Source: Lama glama
Lineage: Eukaryota
Assembly (NCBI GenBank): GCA_028534125.1
Contig: CM052816.1
Coordinates: 49,540,001 to 49,604,000 of the forward strand
Direction of reading: 5' to 3'
DNA length: 64,000 nucleotides
A program made the position numbers and the translations under genes. Positions 38,335-51,445 of the stretch are shown piece after piece; the stretch's first letter is position 1, and each line of letters begins with the position of its first letter. The notes under the pieces are model-generated. The model saw only the letters and a program-made list of their open reading frames with translations, did not search any database and had not been told where the DNA came from.

Positions 38335-39640
38335 TTCATTTATTCTTAAACAAATATTTATTGAGTACTAAATAATAATTACCTAAATGGTAGAGATGCA
38401 GTTGTAAACAATTTTACAGGAATTGCTGTTTAGCTAGGAGAGCAGATAAATAAGTAGATAAATATGATTGGTGTTATGATAGGAGAAGAATATGGAGCCT
38501 TGAGAATTTAAAACAGGTGTCCTTTTTTAAGCTCAGTGTCAGAGAATGCATGCCTACCTGAAGAAAAGAATACTTAGACATAATTCTAAAAACTAATTTT
38601 AATCCACCAGGCAGAAAGCTAAGAGTATTCTAGACAGTGGAGATGGTTTTTAGAAAAATCAGGCAATAAGAAAAGTCATAATTCCATGAGCTGAAAGAAA
38701 TTTAGGGTGGCTAGAGCTTAAAAGGATAGAAACAGATAGAAACATGGTGGCCACTAATGAGTCTGGAGATGGTGATGGTGGCAGATTCTGCAGTGTTGCA
38801 AGATGTTATAAGGAATTTGGATTTTATTCTTAGATTAATGGAGAGGATTTGTACTTTTAAAAGATCATTGTCACTGCAATATGGAAGAAATTCATGCAGA
38901 GTAAAGCAGGGGACTATTTGTAGGCTACTGCAGAGACCGGGTCAGATATGACGTTCTTAGCTTGGCTCAGTGTAGCAACAAAGGGAGTGGAGATGGGAGA
39001 GTCAGTAAGTATTTAAAGGATACAGTAGATAATTATTCATGACTTGTGAGGTTATTGAATAAAAGGGTTTTAGATAAAGGGAGGAGTAAAGAAAAAGCAT
39101 CTCCAGCTTCTGGCCTGAGCAACTTGGTGCCATTTACTGAGATAGTGTAAATTGAGGATACACTGGGTTGGGAGGCAGAAAATGAGTTGAGTATTTTGCA
39201 TACTGAATTTGAGGAATCTGCTAGACATAAGTGAAGAAGTCAGGCATAGATTTGGAAGTCGTAGTTACATAGATAATTATTTAAGCTCAAGGAGTGTATG
39301 AATCCATCCAGAAGCAGAATAACTTGTGAAAAGAAAAGAGGACCAAGAAATGGAAACTGATTAGAGGTTCATTAATAATTAATCAATAGGTAGAGAAAGT
39401 AAAATATATAATTAAGTCTGACAAGGAGTGATTGGGGAGATAGAATAGAAAACAGGAAAGGATTGTGCCTCCAAAGTCAAGGATAAACAGTGTTTCAAGG
39501 AATGGATGATCAGCAGTGTCAAATACTGTGGAGAAGTTGACTGAAGTGGACATATATATTGAGTCCATGTGAATTATGGATGCTCTCACCAAGATCAGTT
39601 TTGCTGGAGTCTCATGGAGAAACAGCTAGATGGTGTCACC
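38335..39640 (-). mobile_element. L2 LINE (tail to RT region)
   Basis: Tail aacaaatatttattgagtac. Minus-strand ORF VNFSTVFDTADHPFLETL...TILSCFLFYL resembles L2 RT LDLSAAFDTVDH. Confidence 0.8.
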
Positions 39641-39675
39641 TGGAAGATTTAGGGGAAAGTTTTTAAAAAGTGGCT

Positions 39676-41969
39676 AGCAATAAGGGGGAACTTCCTCAAC
39701 TTGAAAAGACTATCTATAAAAACCTACAGTTACCATCATACTTAATGATGAGAAACTCGGTGTTTTCCCCCCAAGATAAGAAGCAAGGCAAGGATGTCTT
39801 CTCTCACCACTCCTTTTTAATATTGTACTGGAAGTGTGGTCTAATGCAATAAGATAAGTAAAAGAAAGAAAAATATGCAGATTGGGAGGAAGAAATAAAA
39901 CTGTCTTTGTTCACAGATGACATAATCATCTATGTAGAAAATCCTCAAGCATCGACCAAAACACTCTCCTGGAACTAATAAGGTTTTATAGCAAAGTTTC
40001 AGGACACAAGGTTAATATACAAAAGTTAATCATTTTCCTGTATATGATTTCCTATGTATTTCCAGCAATGAACTAGTGGAATTTGAAATTAAAAACAATA
40101 GCATTTACATTAGCATTCACAAAATTAAATATTTAGGTATGACAAACTATGTTCAATATTTATATGAAGAACACTATGAAACTCTGATGAATGAAATTAA
40201 AGAAGATATATGGAGATATATTCCATCTTTGTGGATAGGAAGACTCAGTACTGTCAAGAAGTCAGTTTTTCCCAACTTGATTGATAGATTCAAGCAGTCC
40301 CACTCAACATTTTCTACATATCAACATACTGATTCAAAAGTTTATACAGAGAGGCAAAAGACCAAGAATAGCCAATAGAATATATAACAGAGTTGAAAGA
40401 CTGATAATACCTGACTTCAAGACTTACTATAATGCTGTATTATTCAAGACAGTGTGTTATCAATGAAAAAATAGACAAGTAGATCCATGGAACAGAATAG
40501 ACAGTCCAGAAATAGACACATAAATATAGCCAACTGATCTTTGACAAAGAAGCAAAGACTGTACAATGGAGCAAGGGTAGTTTTTCTACAAATGGTGCTG
40601 AAACAACTGGACATCCACATGCAAAACAAATAATAAAAAGGAATCTTGACATAGACATCCTTCACAAAAGATTAATTCAAAGTGGATCATAGACCTAAAT
40701 GTAAAGTGCAAAACTATAAAACTCCTAGAAGATAACGTAAGGGAAAACCTGGAAGACCTTGAGTATGAAAATGACTTTTTTAGGTACAACACCAAAGACA
40801 TAATCCAGGAAGCAAATAATTGATAAGCTGGACTTTATTAAAATTAAACTTCTGCTCTGTGAAAGGCAGTATCTAGAGAATGAGAAGATAAGCCACAAGT
40901 TGAGAGAAAACATTGCAAAAGATATAGCTGATAAAATGTTTTCCAAAACATACAAAGAACTCAACAATAAGAAAACAACTTGATTTTTAAAATGTGTCAG
41001 AGGCCTTAACAAGCACCCTACCGAAGGAGACATGCAGATGGCAAATAAGCATATAACAAGATGTTGCACACCATACAGCATCAGGAAATACAAATTAAAC
41101 CAACGAGTTACCATGACACACCTATCAGAAAGCCTAAAATCTGGAACACTGACAACACTAGATGCTGGGAAGCATGTAAAGCAATGGAAACTCTCATTCA
41201 TTGCTGGTGAGAATGCAAAATAGTATAGTAGTTTGACAGTTTCTTACAAAATATAACATACTCTAACCATATGATCCAGCTATCATTCTCCTTGACAGTT
41301 ACCAAAAGAAATTGAAAACTTATGTCCAAACAAAAACCTAGACACAGATGCTTATAGCAGCTTTATCCGTTAATTGCCAAAACATGGAAGCAACCAAGGT
41401 GTCCTTCAGTAGGTGAATGGATAAATTCTGGTACATCTGGACAATGGAATAGTACTCAGCCTTTAAAAATTAACTATCAAATCATGAACAGACATGGAGG
41501 ACACTTAACGTGAATATTACAAAGTGAAATGAGCCAATCTGAAAAGGCTACATACTGTATGAATTCAGCTATGTGACCTTCTGGGAAAGACAAAACTGGA
41601 GACAGGAAAAAGATCTGTGCATGCTGGGGAATGGTGATAGGGATGAATATGCAGAGCATGGAGGATTTTAGGGCAGTAAAAATACTCTGTATAATATTGT
41701 AGTGTTGGATACATGTTATTATATGTTTGTCCAAACCCATGCAATGTACAATACCAAGAGTGAACCCTAATGCAACCTATAGACTGGATGATTATGATGG
41801 GTGCATGTAGGTTCATCAGTTGTAGCAAATGTAACATTCTGGTCAGGAGTGTTGATAATGGGGGAGGCTGTGTATTTGTGGGATCAGAGACCATATGGGA
41901 ATTTGCTGTACGTTCCTCTGTTTTGCCATGAGCTTAACACAGCTGTAAAAATAGCCTTTAATTAAAAAA
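39676..41969 (+). mobile_element. L1MC-type element, about 2.3 kb (decayed ORF2 3' half plus 3' UTR)
   Basis: Decayed ORF2 motifs (ttcacagatgacataatcatctatgtagaaaatcc = F-D-D-type RT core; PDFKTYY). L1MC1-like UTR. Flanking near-duplicate ttaaaaagtggct (39663-39675) and ttaaaaaatggct (41962-41974). Confidence 0.9.
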
Positions 41970-41982
41970 TGGCTGTAACAGA

Positions 41983-42320
41983 CATTCATCAATTTATTCA
42001 TTTATTTGTTTATTTGTCCATCCATCAAATATTTATTGCGTATGTTATGTGCAGACATTCTTCCTGGAACTGAGGATATCAACGTTAAAAAAGAGGCTTT
42101 CCCTTCACAGATCTTCTAGTCATATGGCGAACTAGACAATAAACTACTACACTTATCATGGTAAACTCCATTTAAAAAATAAAGACAGGTAATGAGGTAG
42201 ACTAAGAGGAGGTCTATTTTTGGATAAGACGATTTGAAGAGACCAAGAGGTTGATGTTTGAACAGAGGGAGAAACTGAGATGGATTTGTTGTATAAGGAT
42301 GGGAGAGAAAGGACAGTAAC
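41983..42320 (-). mobile_element. L2 3' end
   Basis: cattcatc...atcaaatatttattgcgtatgttatgtgcagacattcttcctggaactgagg. Confidence 0.7.
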
Positions 42321-43921
42321 TACAAGGGGAATTTGGGCCAAAAGAGATTTTTCTTTTAAATGAAACTGGCGTTATGATTCAGAAACATGATATAAAGCCT
42401 AAGCTTGTGTTTTACTAAGAATAAACTATATTAGATGACTCATAAATATTTCAATAATATTTAGTGTACATTTAACCTATCAAAAATTTCAGTCTGAAAA
42501 CAAAGGACATTTGGTAGTCACTTAATATTCAACATCACTTTTACAAAGAATTCAAAGTACCTGCATTTCTGAGAGTAGTTCAGTACAAAGTTAGCATATC
42601 ATTTCTTGTTCTTCCTCTTTATCTTCTCTCTACTTGCATTGGCTTCTAACCAGGTTTTCTCATTTAGAAGAGATTAATAAACATGAAGTTGCTTTATCCT
42701 GTTTTATCTTCTCCTGTTCTATTATACTCCAGCCAAGCGTAATTCCCTTTGGTAATTGGTATTCTTTTTCTAACATAAATTCAAGTTCTTTTAAATTTGT
42801 GGCCCTCAGGTCTCATCATGGCTAATCCATCCTTCTGCTTCCATTTCATTATAAGAAATTGGTTACAGTTGCCCCAAAACATGAAGTGGCTCATAAAAAA
42901 TTAAAAAACAAAAAACACACCCATTTCCACTATATATCTTGCACTCTGAATAGCCATATTCATATTTAACTTTTAAAAGGTGATCAGTGTCAGAATATCA
43001 AGTAGTATAACAGAGGCTGACTCTGTCTAAAAAAGGCTTCTTGTTAGAGATCATGCCATATCAGAATATTAACAAGTCTTAAAAAGATCTCTTGGGTAGA
43101 GTGAGGCTATTTTTACGTTTCCAAACTTTGGTTACCAAATGAGAGATTTGATACATTTCAGTTAAATTATTCGTATATTAGATGAAATTATGAGTAGTTG
43201 TCAGATTCCTCCCCCCAAGATTACTCCTTGAACTAAGGAAGGATCACTTATGATTGAATCTAAATTTCTAGAAATTATCATAATGAGAGCTGTTCTGCAT
43301 AGACTAAAATAGTTTCTCAAAAGCGGCTAGCCACGGATGATTGCTTAGAAATTTCATGGTCAATGAGAGTCAAAGGGATTTATTTTCAGAGTTTTATTTA
43401 CTTAACTTTTCTGATAATAAAAATAATTAAATATGTGTTCAAACAAACAAATAGAATTGTATAGTTAAAATGACTGAGTTAATAACATAATGGGCATGTT
43501 TTGCCATTTATTTTGTGTACATTACAGAAAAATAATTTTGTTACATGATAAATATGTAAAAATTTCTATAATATAGCTTAGAAACTAGTTTATGAATTTA
43601 AAAATGGTTCTACTTTATTGTTAATTACAGTGATGAGAACTTGTTAGCTTGCAGTTCCAAGCCCTAACAATTACATACTAACTTCAGAAAAAATATATAG
43701 AAATCAGAGTAGTGCAGAAAATATCAAGGACACAGATTCCCTCTTGCCCAATCAAAAGATGAGTGCCAATTTGTGGTAAGACTTTTATTTGTAACAAAAG
43801 ACAATGTAACGCATTAAATGTTTCTGATGTTAGCCATTTAAACCACTATCTTTTTTTTTTTCTGAGTATACACTTCCTGTTAATTAGAGATAAATGCCTT
43901 TGTGAATGAAGTGATAGTAGA

Positions 43922-44277
43922 TGTGTATTATTAAGCTTTTTCTGGTTAACCAATCACAAATTTAGTGGAATTAAACAGCAACAATTCATCTACAATTCTC
44001 TAAGTCATTTGAGCGGCATGCTGGTTGGCTGGTGCTGGGTAGTAGATGGCTTGGCTGGGATGGCTTGTCTCTCCTAGATCAGGTTTCCTTACATAGTGGT
44101 GGTGGAAAGATCCCCAAGAGCAGTGAGAAAGATCAAGTCCCAATTACAGGCACTACTCAAGTTTCTGTGTGTCGTGTTAGCTAACCACACTTTTGATTGG
44201 AGGACTTGCCACTTCATATTGCAAAGATGAGGATGCAAGAAGGGGAGGAATTTATGGCTAATTTTACAATTTACCAT
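43922..44277 (-). mobile_element. MLT1-type MaLR LTR
   Basis: caaatttagtggaattaaacagcaac...catattgcaaag...gaatttatggctaattttacaatttacca. Confidence 0.65.
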
Positions 44278-45169
44278 GGAATGTTAGTTGCTTTTCTTTT
44301 TATTTGATATTTTTAACAGTTTTTATTGGCAATGCCAAAAGTTGGTAAACATAGATATGGTTTTAGATACTTATTTTTGTTACTAGCTATGCATACAAAA
44401 ATTTTAGTAATATTTTTATCGAATCCTCTATTTTTTATAAGGGAGAAATAAGTAAAAACTCTTTAAAAAGGAAAAACTTGATTATTTTCTGTTTATTTTA
44501 GGAAAATAAATAGAAAAAGTTAGAAAGTGAAATGGAAAGTGACATTAATTTGTTATTTTATTCAGATTCCAAATGGAGTGGCATGAAATCACTTGTGGCA
44601 TTGCCAAAATGTGCAATCCTACATACATATGAAAATGAAAATTAATATTTTAAAGTAATAGGCTAAATGACAAATGTAGCATTAATCTGGGAAAAAAAAT
44701 TCATCTTCCATATCATGGAAGGAGTTCTACAAGAGACTTGCAAATGACTTATAAAATAATTAAAACATGCCCAACAATGTTTAAAACCTTTCAAATTGTT
44801 GCTTGGTTTTTTCTTCATTGATTTTCACCATCTATTGCTCGATTTTAACAATTACACATAATGTTTGTTTCCTTTTGACTGAGTTAAGTCCACATCAATC
44901 CATGGTCTCCCAAACTGAGCAGGTCACTGAAAAAACACAAAACATTATTTTGAGCTTGTCATGACAAGGTGTTAAAGTTTTATCATTTCAGGGAAATTGA
45001 TACGTTGCTGGAGAATGAGCAAAATTTTCTTCCTCTGATGACGATAGAGACAAGAAAATGAAAACATAGTTATCTTTAGGTTGAGTTGCTAAATGCCATT
45101 AACAGGAAGAAAAGTGAACAGTGTCTACACTGCTTTTGTCTTGGGATAGCTAGCTATATTTAAAAATTT

Positions 45170-45730
45170 ATATTTTACATAAAATTTATTGATTTTCTTC
45201 TTTATGAAAGTAATAAAGAAGAAAATTTAGGAAATATAAGGTAAAGGAGTAAATAAAAATAACAGAATCTTAGGTTATGTAGACTTTCATTTTTTTTTTA
45301 TCATTTGCTTATATCTATGAATCTTTCTGTGTCTGTATCTGTAGCCATAGTCATATAGTGAGCAATAGCACTTTGACAACTTACATAAAATTGTGTACGT
45401 GTGTTTATATGCACACATACATGTGTGTAAAACTTAAAGTATACAAAGCATATTCTTTGATCACTTTTTTTCACTTAGACTATGAAATTAATCTTTCCAT
45501 TTCATTGAAAATTATTTTCTGATGTTAATTATTAGACTAACTTTCTATCATTTACCATCATTTTATTCGACCAGCCCCTATTTTTGGACATTTAAGTTAC
45601 ATGCAAATTTCCCCTATTATAAACATTTTGATAAACATGTTTGCAACTGAATTTTGTGTACATTCACCTCTGTCTCCTTAGGGGGAATTCTTGGAAGTAA
45701 ATGACTACAGTAAGAATTATTTGAGAACCT
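45170..45730 (-). mobile_element. Degenerate L1ME-type fragment
   Basis: accagcccctatttttggacatttaagt...tgtctccttagggggaattcttggaagt. Confidence 0.55.
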
Positions 45731-47721
45731 TTAATATCCTAAAGATTATATGGAAAAGGCTGAACGGTTTATTATGATGGATTTATGATGAAAGAAAGCT
45801 TAATGGGCTTAAATCTACTTAACCTTGTAAACATTTGGGGCTATTTGATTTGTATAACAGTAGGAGAAAAATATACTTGAAGAGCAAAAAAAGAGATGGT
45901 CCCATCAAATGTATTTTTAAAATAGCATATGAAGAATACATCCCTTTTTATTTTCAGTTAGACAATTATTATATAAGGCCATACATCATTTAAAAGGGTA
46001 AACTAGAAATAGTCATATAGGAAGTCCAGTTTATTGATAAAAACTGCAAGGAAAAGGCTATTCTCTAAAAGTAAGACTAGTAAGAGGAGGAGCAGGCATT
46101 TTATCAAAGAAACCTTAAGAAGGGCTCTAGAGCATCTAGAGTACGGAGCTGACTTAGAATGACTGGATGAGGAAAGCCTAGAAGGTTAGACACAGGTAGG
46201 GAGTGGGGAAATGATGAATATGACTACAGGAAAGTGAAGGGCTATTGGATAAATGATGGAGCGTCTGCTCTCATCTTTCCACTTACCCTTAGTTACATGG
46301 AAGACAGAATGAAGAGAAAGATGAGGCATTAAGAATTCATTGAAAATAAGCATTTTGATAGGTTGATATTTATTTCTTAAAACTATCAGAACCCCCTGTA
46401 GTATTTAATACTAGTAAATTGGATTAATCAACAAATCTTATCGGCAGCCACTCTGTGCTATAATCATACCATTTGTTATGAGGAGTGACTAGAGTAAAAC
46501 AGAAGGGTTACTGAAATGAAACTGAAGGCCTGAATCTTTTCTCAAGGAGCTTCATGTAGATGTCATTGTGTGGGAAGGTTTATTTGGCCAAAGTCTCTGA
46601 AGCCATAGGAAAACTGGGTGACATCTCAAGGTAATAGCATATGAAGAATACACTCCTTTTTATTTTGTATTCTAATTGTTAAATATACATCAGAGTATTT
46701 ATATGAAGGCATAGTCTGCAGTCTATATTACTCAAGTGGCAGTACATAATTTTTAAAAATCATATAATGAGAGAGAATTTGGGCAGAATCTTTTTCAGAA
46801 TATATTCAATTTTTTGTCTCTAAAATTCACCAAACTATGATTTAAAATGGACAACAGTCAATATTTACCGTTATCTTTATTTTAATCAAACCTTGGAAAG
46901 TAAAGTAGGGAGGACACAGTTTCAGTTCCTTAGTAAGAGATAGAACCACAGATAAGGATGTTTTCTTAAGTACTATCGTTTGAAAATAGAGCAAATTTCA
47001 AGGAAGAATTAGCATCTTTCAGGTAGAATGTTGATAAATTCCCACAATGTCTCTACCTGGTAAAATTTTAATTGAGAAATCAGACCCCAAGGGTTTCATC
47101 CAAATCATAGAGAGCAGTAGGGTACAGGAGTCATTACTGTTACTCATCGACACAGTAGCTACCAAACATTTTCAACAAGACAAATGTTGTTTGTGTCAGA
47201 TCAGCTCTGGTTCAATCAATGGCTTTGGTTCCTCAGGAAATGGAGAAATCAGAGTGAATCACAGAATGTGCTCTAGGCCCTCAGGTCAGCTTCCATTAAT
47301 TATTCAACTATCGAAGTCGAGCTGTACTATTCTCTACAACGATTTCCTGACACACAACTTCTGTGGTAAGGCTCACCTCACAACCAGACATTCTGGTTAT
47401 CAGGCCATCATGCACATTGAAGCAGGGCATTTATGCAGTTTATCAGTCACCATAATACCAAGGACGTTTTTTCCTCACCCTTTTCCCTTTAATAGTGTCT
47501 TGTATTTTTAGAGTACTCTATCCATTAAAAGGCTTATATGTGTGTGTGTGCATATATATGTAATTCCTATAATAATCTTGAAATAAACAGTTGAGCTAAT
47601 ACCAATCTCAATGTTACATGGGAAGGTGATTCTTTGATAAACCAAGATCGTAGATTTCTGCTAAAAGGCAAGCAAAAAAAGGTGAAATTTTGTCCCATGC
47701 GTTTCCACAGTCCAGTGTTTG

Positions 47722-48367
47722 TGTTGCTGGTGGATGCAACCGGTGTTCCAGGTTCTTGTCCCATCCCAGAAAGAATTCAGAGATAAGATGTAGAGGTTAA
47801 AAAAAATGAAGTGAGGATTTATTAAAGGATGGATAGTACACTCTCAAAAGGAGAGCAGACAGGCTCAGGTGAGCGGCTGCCGTGAGTTTCTTTGGCAAAT
47901 TAGTTACATAGGGTGTAAAAAATGAATGGGCGGAATATTCATTGAGGAGGGAAGGGCTTGGGGTCGTATGTCCTGCTTGTCATCCCAACTCCACCTTCCC
48001 AAAGGGAGGAGGGATTTTTGTCCTTATTTATTCTGGATCACAAGTGTCATGGTGTCGGTGCATGATGGGTACTTTTGATCTGTAAAGCTAATTTTATCAA
48101 AATCAGTGCATAATGAGCAAAAGGTTACATTCGGACACTGGAAATTCCTGCCCTTTTTTCACCTTTCTTTGTTGATCTCCAGGCCAAAAGGTGTGGCCCC
48201 TTATCAGCCAAAAGATCTCTGCTTTTTGGTCTCTGCCCAGGGACTCCTGGTGTTTGGATGATGTCTGTTTTCCTGCATTTGGCTTGTGCCCTCCTTTCTG
48301 CCCAATTCCTGCCATTTGGTCTGTGTCCCCTTCTCTGCTCATATCTAGCTATCTGCCTGCTCTAACA
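47722..48367 (-). mobile_element. Solo ERV LTR (646 bp), ERV1-class by TSD length, probably lineage-specific
   Basis: TGTT...AACA termini; 4-bp TSD TTTG at 47718-47721 and 48368-48371; minus-strand AATAAA at 47818-47823; several CpGs retained. Confidence 0.88.
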
Positions 48368-48529
48368 TTTGTGTCCAAGTTAAAGTGTTCCTGTTATACA
48401 TATGGGGATGGATACTTTGAAACAATAAAAGAACCCGGGTACATAATAACAATAATTATTAATAATACCTCTAATTGCAGCGTTGTCATGCTGAGCATGC
48501 TCTCTTGGAATTCTGTAGGAACATTCTCT

Positions 48530-48780
48530 AGAGGATTGCATCATGGTGTTGTGGTTAAGAACTCAGCCAGACTGAATCAAATTCTGACTCTTCTATTTAC
48601 TACCTCTGTCTTCTGGGGCGAGTGGCTTAACCTCTTGATGCCTTAGTTCCTTATCTGTAAAATCGGGGTAACAATAGTGCCGTCAAAGGGGCCATGTTCA
48701 AATTAAGTAAATGCATATATGTAAGGTTCTTAGACTAGGTCCTCACTTATAATGAGAGCTATTTAGGAGTTATAAAATAA
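48530..48780 (+). mobile_element. MIR SINE
   Basis: ggttaagaactcagccagac...ggcgagtggcttaacctcttgatgccttagttccttatctgtaaaatcgggg. Confidence 0.8.
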
Positions 48781-50769
48781 GTAAATAAAAATAATTAAAC
48801 CTTTTAGACAATTCAAAAATTACATGCAGAAATCAAGCTTCTAAGTCTCTGAATATTCTTCCATCATTTTAATCATTAATAACATTCAAATGTCCAGTAA
48901 ATCCTGGCCTGTTATTTTAATGTCAGGTTTTTTTCCTACTTGTGCTTGAATATGCAAACTGGGGGCAATTTAGCTGTCAGCTTTAAATTTTTAAAAATTT
49001 TCTTTTCTTCAGTGTATAATTTGACAAATCACCTCACTTGTTACGGGAGAAAGAGAGAACCCTATGTTTTATTATTTGAAAATTATGAGTAATGTAAGTA
49101 ATGCTTGCATAATTAGAAATCGGCCTTTCAGGGATATAGCCTTCCTTATGCTTACAGCACATAACTTATGAATTGATTTTTCTTTATGAGATTGCAAAAT
49201 GGGAATCCTGTAAAGCATAATAAATACCAACTTGGAATTTATGGCGCCATATTAATATTAGGGTCTTAGATGTGAGAGATCAACAATAAGCTCTTTGCAT
49301 GAAGATAGAAGCACAGAGCACAAAAGAACACTAGCATCTGTTATTTAACACAGATTATTGAGCATCTCTGGAAGTCTGTTTCTGACCCCCAGAGGCTAAC
49401 CTCCCCTTTGTGACCCCCAAGATAAAGGGCTGCACCTCGAGATGCTCATGTTTAGGAAAGGACTGTAAAACACACACGCCGTTAGTCATTAAGACAGTGC
49501 AGAAAGTAGTCACTGTAGGAAGAGAAGGAAGTGCTGTAGGTATCAAGAGGCGCAAACGCTGCTTCCAGTCGTAGGGATCAAATTTCACGGGTGAGATGGC
49601 TTTTGAGATGGGCTGGTTTAGGAGTGTACATCACCCGTGAAATTAGTAGGTAGGAACATGTTAAGCAAAATACAGGATGATTAAAAAAAAACAAAACACA
49701 AAGATGAGAAACTTGGGAACCTTCTGGAAGAGTTAGCATTAGAGGTTGCCCAGATTATTTGGTGTTTATAGAGATTAGAAGCCAAACAGGAAGGTGGTTT
49801 GGATCTATACTATACTGGGCCTCTAGTCATCCTCTTGAACTATTTCCATAATACAGTTTTCAATGTTATTAAAGAAATTATCCCAGGAATGTGAGTCTGT
49901 AACCTCTTTTGATAATTAATAATTGAGGCATAGAAACACTATAGAAAGAAAACAACACAAAACTCTGAATATTTGAGGTAATTTTTAAGTACTACCTCAG
50001 GCTTTTCTTTTGAGGATTAAATTGTACTATTTTTGCTGTTACATTTTTTCTGCCTACAAGTTGAATTTATTTTTTCAGTTCACTAATTATTGTGATTGTT
50101 TTCAATAAGACTTTGTCCACAAGATTGTTGATTTGGAAAAGGCTCAGTGTGGCTTATTGACCAAGATGAGTGCTAATTTTTAACCAGAAACTGATTACTG
50201 AAAGAAACAACTACGAAGGTTTCAAAATAGTTTTCAGGAGACCCTTCTATGACTAGAAATGTCAATTGACATGTGGAAATTTCCATGAGGAGCCACAAAA
50301 TATTTATATTCACCTGGATTGACACCTAGTCCTGGGCACTAAGAAAGCTGTTTCATTGACGACAGATGTTTGGTTTTCCTGTCTGTGAGCTTAATCAACT
50401 ACATATAAAACATGCAGACTAGATTCTTTGCTAGAGAGAAAGTGAAAGATTGGAAAAGCCTTTAAGGCTTTGCTTGGTTTCAAACTTTTGGAATTTTTCC
50501 TATTGCTAAGGTACTTTCTGCATTGCTTGCAAGCCAGTCTATTTTCCTTTGATTTTCACCCCATGTCTCCCTCCACCTCTTTTTTCTCTTGCCTCATCTT
50601 GCCCTCAGATAGGAAGGAGAAAAGATTAGAAGTCACTAATGCTCTCAGAGTTGGTGTATAAGCTGGAACTGGAGGAAGGAGAGAAAGGAAATTCATTCTT
50701 TACTCTTTTAGTAGCTAAAGCAATGTTGGACTATTACTTGTAATGTAGCAGCCTAAAGAAGGCAGTAAT

Positions 50770-51445
50770 AACACTGTATTTTGTGCTAGTTAGATCTTGT
50801 CTGGACATCTAATTCTTGTTGCTATATTTTATTTTATTTTATTTTTCTACTATGTTGGTTTACAATGTTGTGTTAATTTCTAGAGTACAATATAGTGACT
50901 TAGTTATACATATATATATATTCTTTTTCATTGTAGGTATTATTTTCATATGGGTAGAGGATATTGAATGTAGTTCCCTGTGTGATATAGTAGGACCTTG
51001 TTGTTTATCTATTTTATATATAGTAGTGTGTATCTGCTACTCACAAAGTCCTAATTTACCCCTCGCTGCCCCAACTTGTTACTGTATTTTAAAAGACTGA
51101 CAAATTTGAATTTATCAAGAGGAGGAAAGAAGAGGAAATTTATCAAGAAGAGGAATTTTATCATTTATCAAACATGATGAAAATGTGATATGTCATGGCA
51201 TGTGAAATTAAGTGGAAATATTTATCTCAGTTAAGAAAAGAAGTATAGGGGATATGATAGTTCTCTTCAAATATTTGAATGGCTCGTATGCTAAAGAAAG
51301 CCACATTATTCCATTGTTTTCCAGAGGCTATCTCTGGGAACGTGATGTAACATGTTCCTTTATGAGACTGAGTTCTTTGCCACTAGAAGTTTTGAAGTAG
51401 TGTTTAGATTTTTGGTTGGTAGGTTGGACTAAGTGGCCTTTAATT
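50770..51445 (+). mobile_element. L3/CR1 LINE RT C-terminal remnant, split by an L1
   Basis: ctgtattttgtgctagttagatc (LYxALVRP-like); ORF KKRSIGDMIVLFKYLNG (CR1 KRRLRGDMIxVFKYLKG-like); ends aggttggactaagtggccttt. Confidence 0.7.
50831..51074 (-). mobile_element. 5'-truncated L1 tail, antisense, with a diverged 16-bp TSD
   Basis: TSD cttgttgctatatttt (50815-50830) and cttgttactgtatttt (51075-51090), 14/16, followed by aaaa. Body is the reverse complement of the 30.8-31.0 kb L1 tail type. Confidence 0.88.

Noticed and set aside
39670..41894. Cluster of ORFs on both strands
   Set aside because: Broken ORF2 and antisense frames of an old L1MC element.
47047..47511. 154-aa ORF on the + strand
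   Set aside because: No recognisable domain, splice context or retrocopy hallmarks (poly-A, TSD). The length is plausible by chance in 64 kb across six frames. A BLASTP or PhyloCSF hit would change this.
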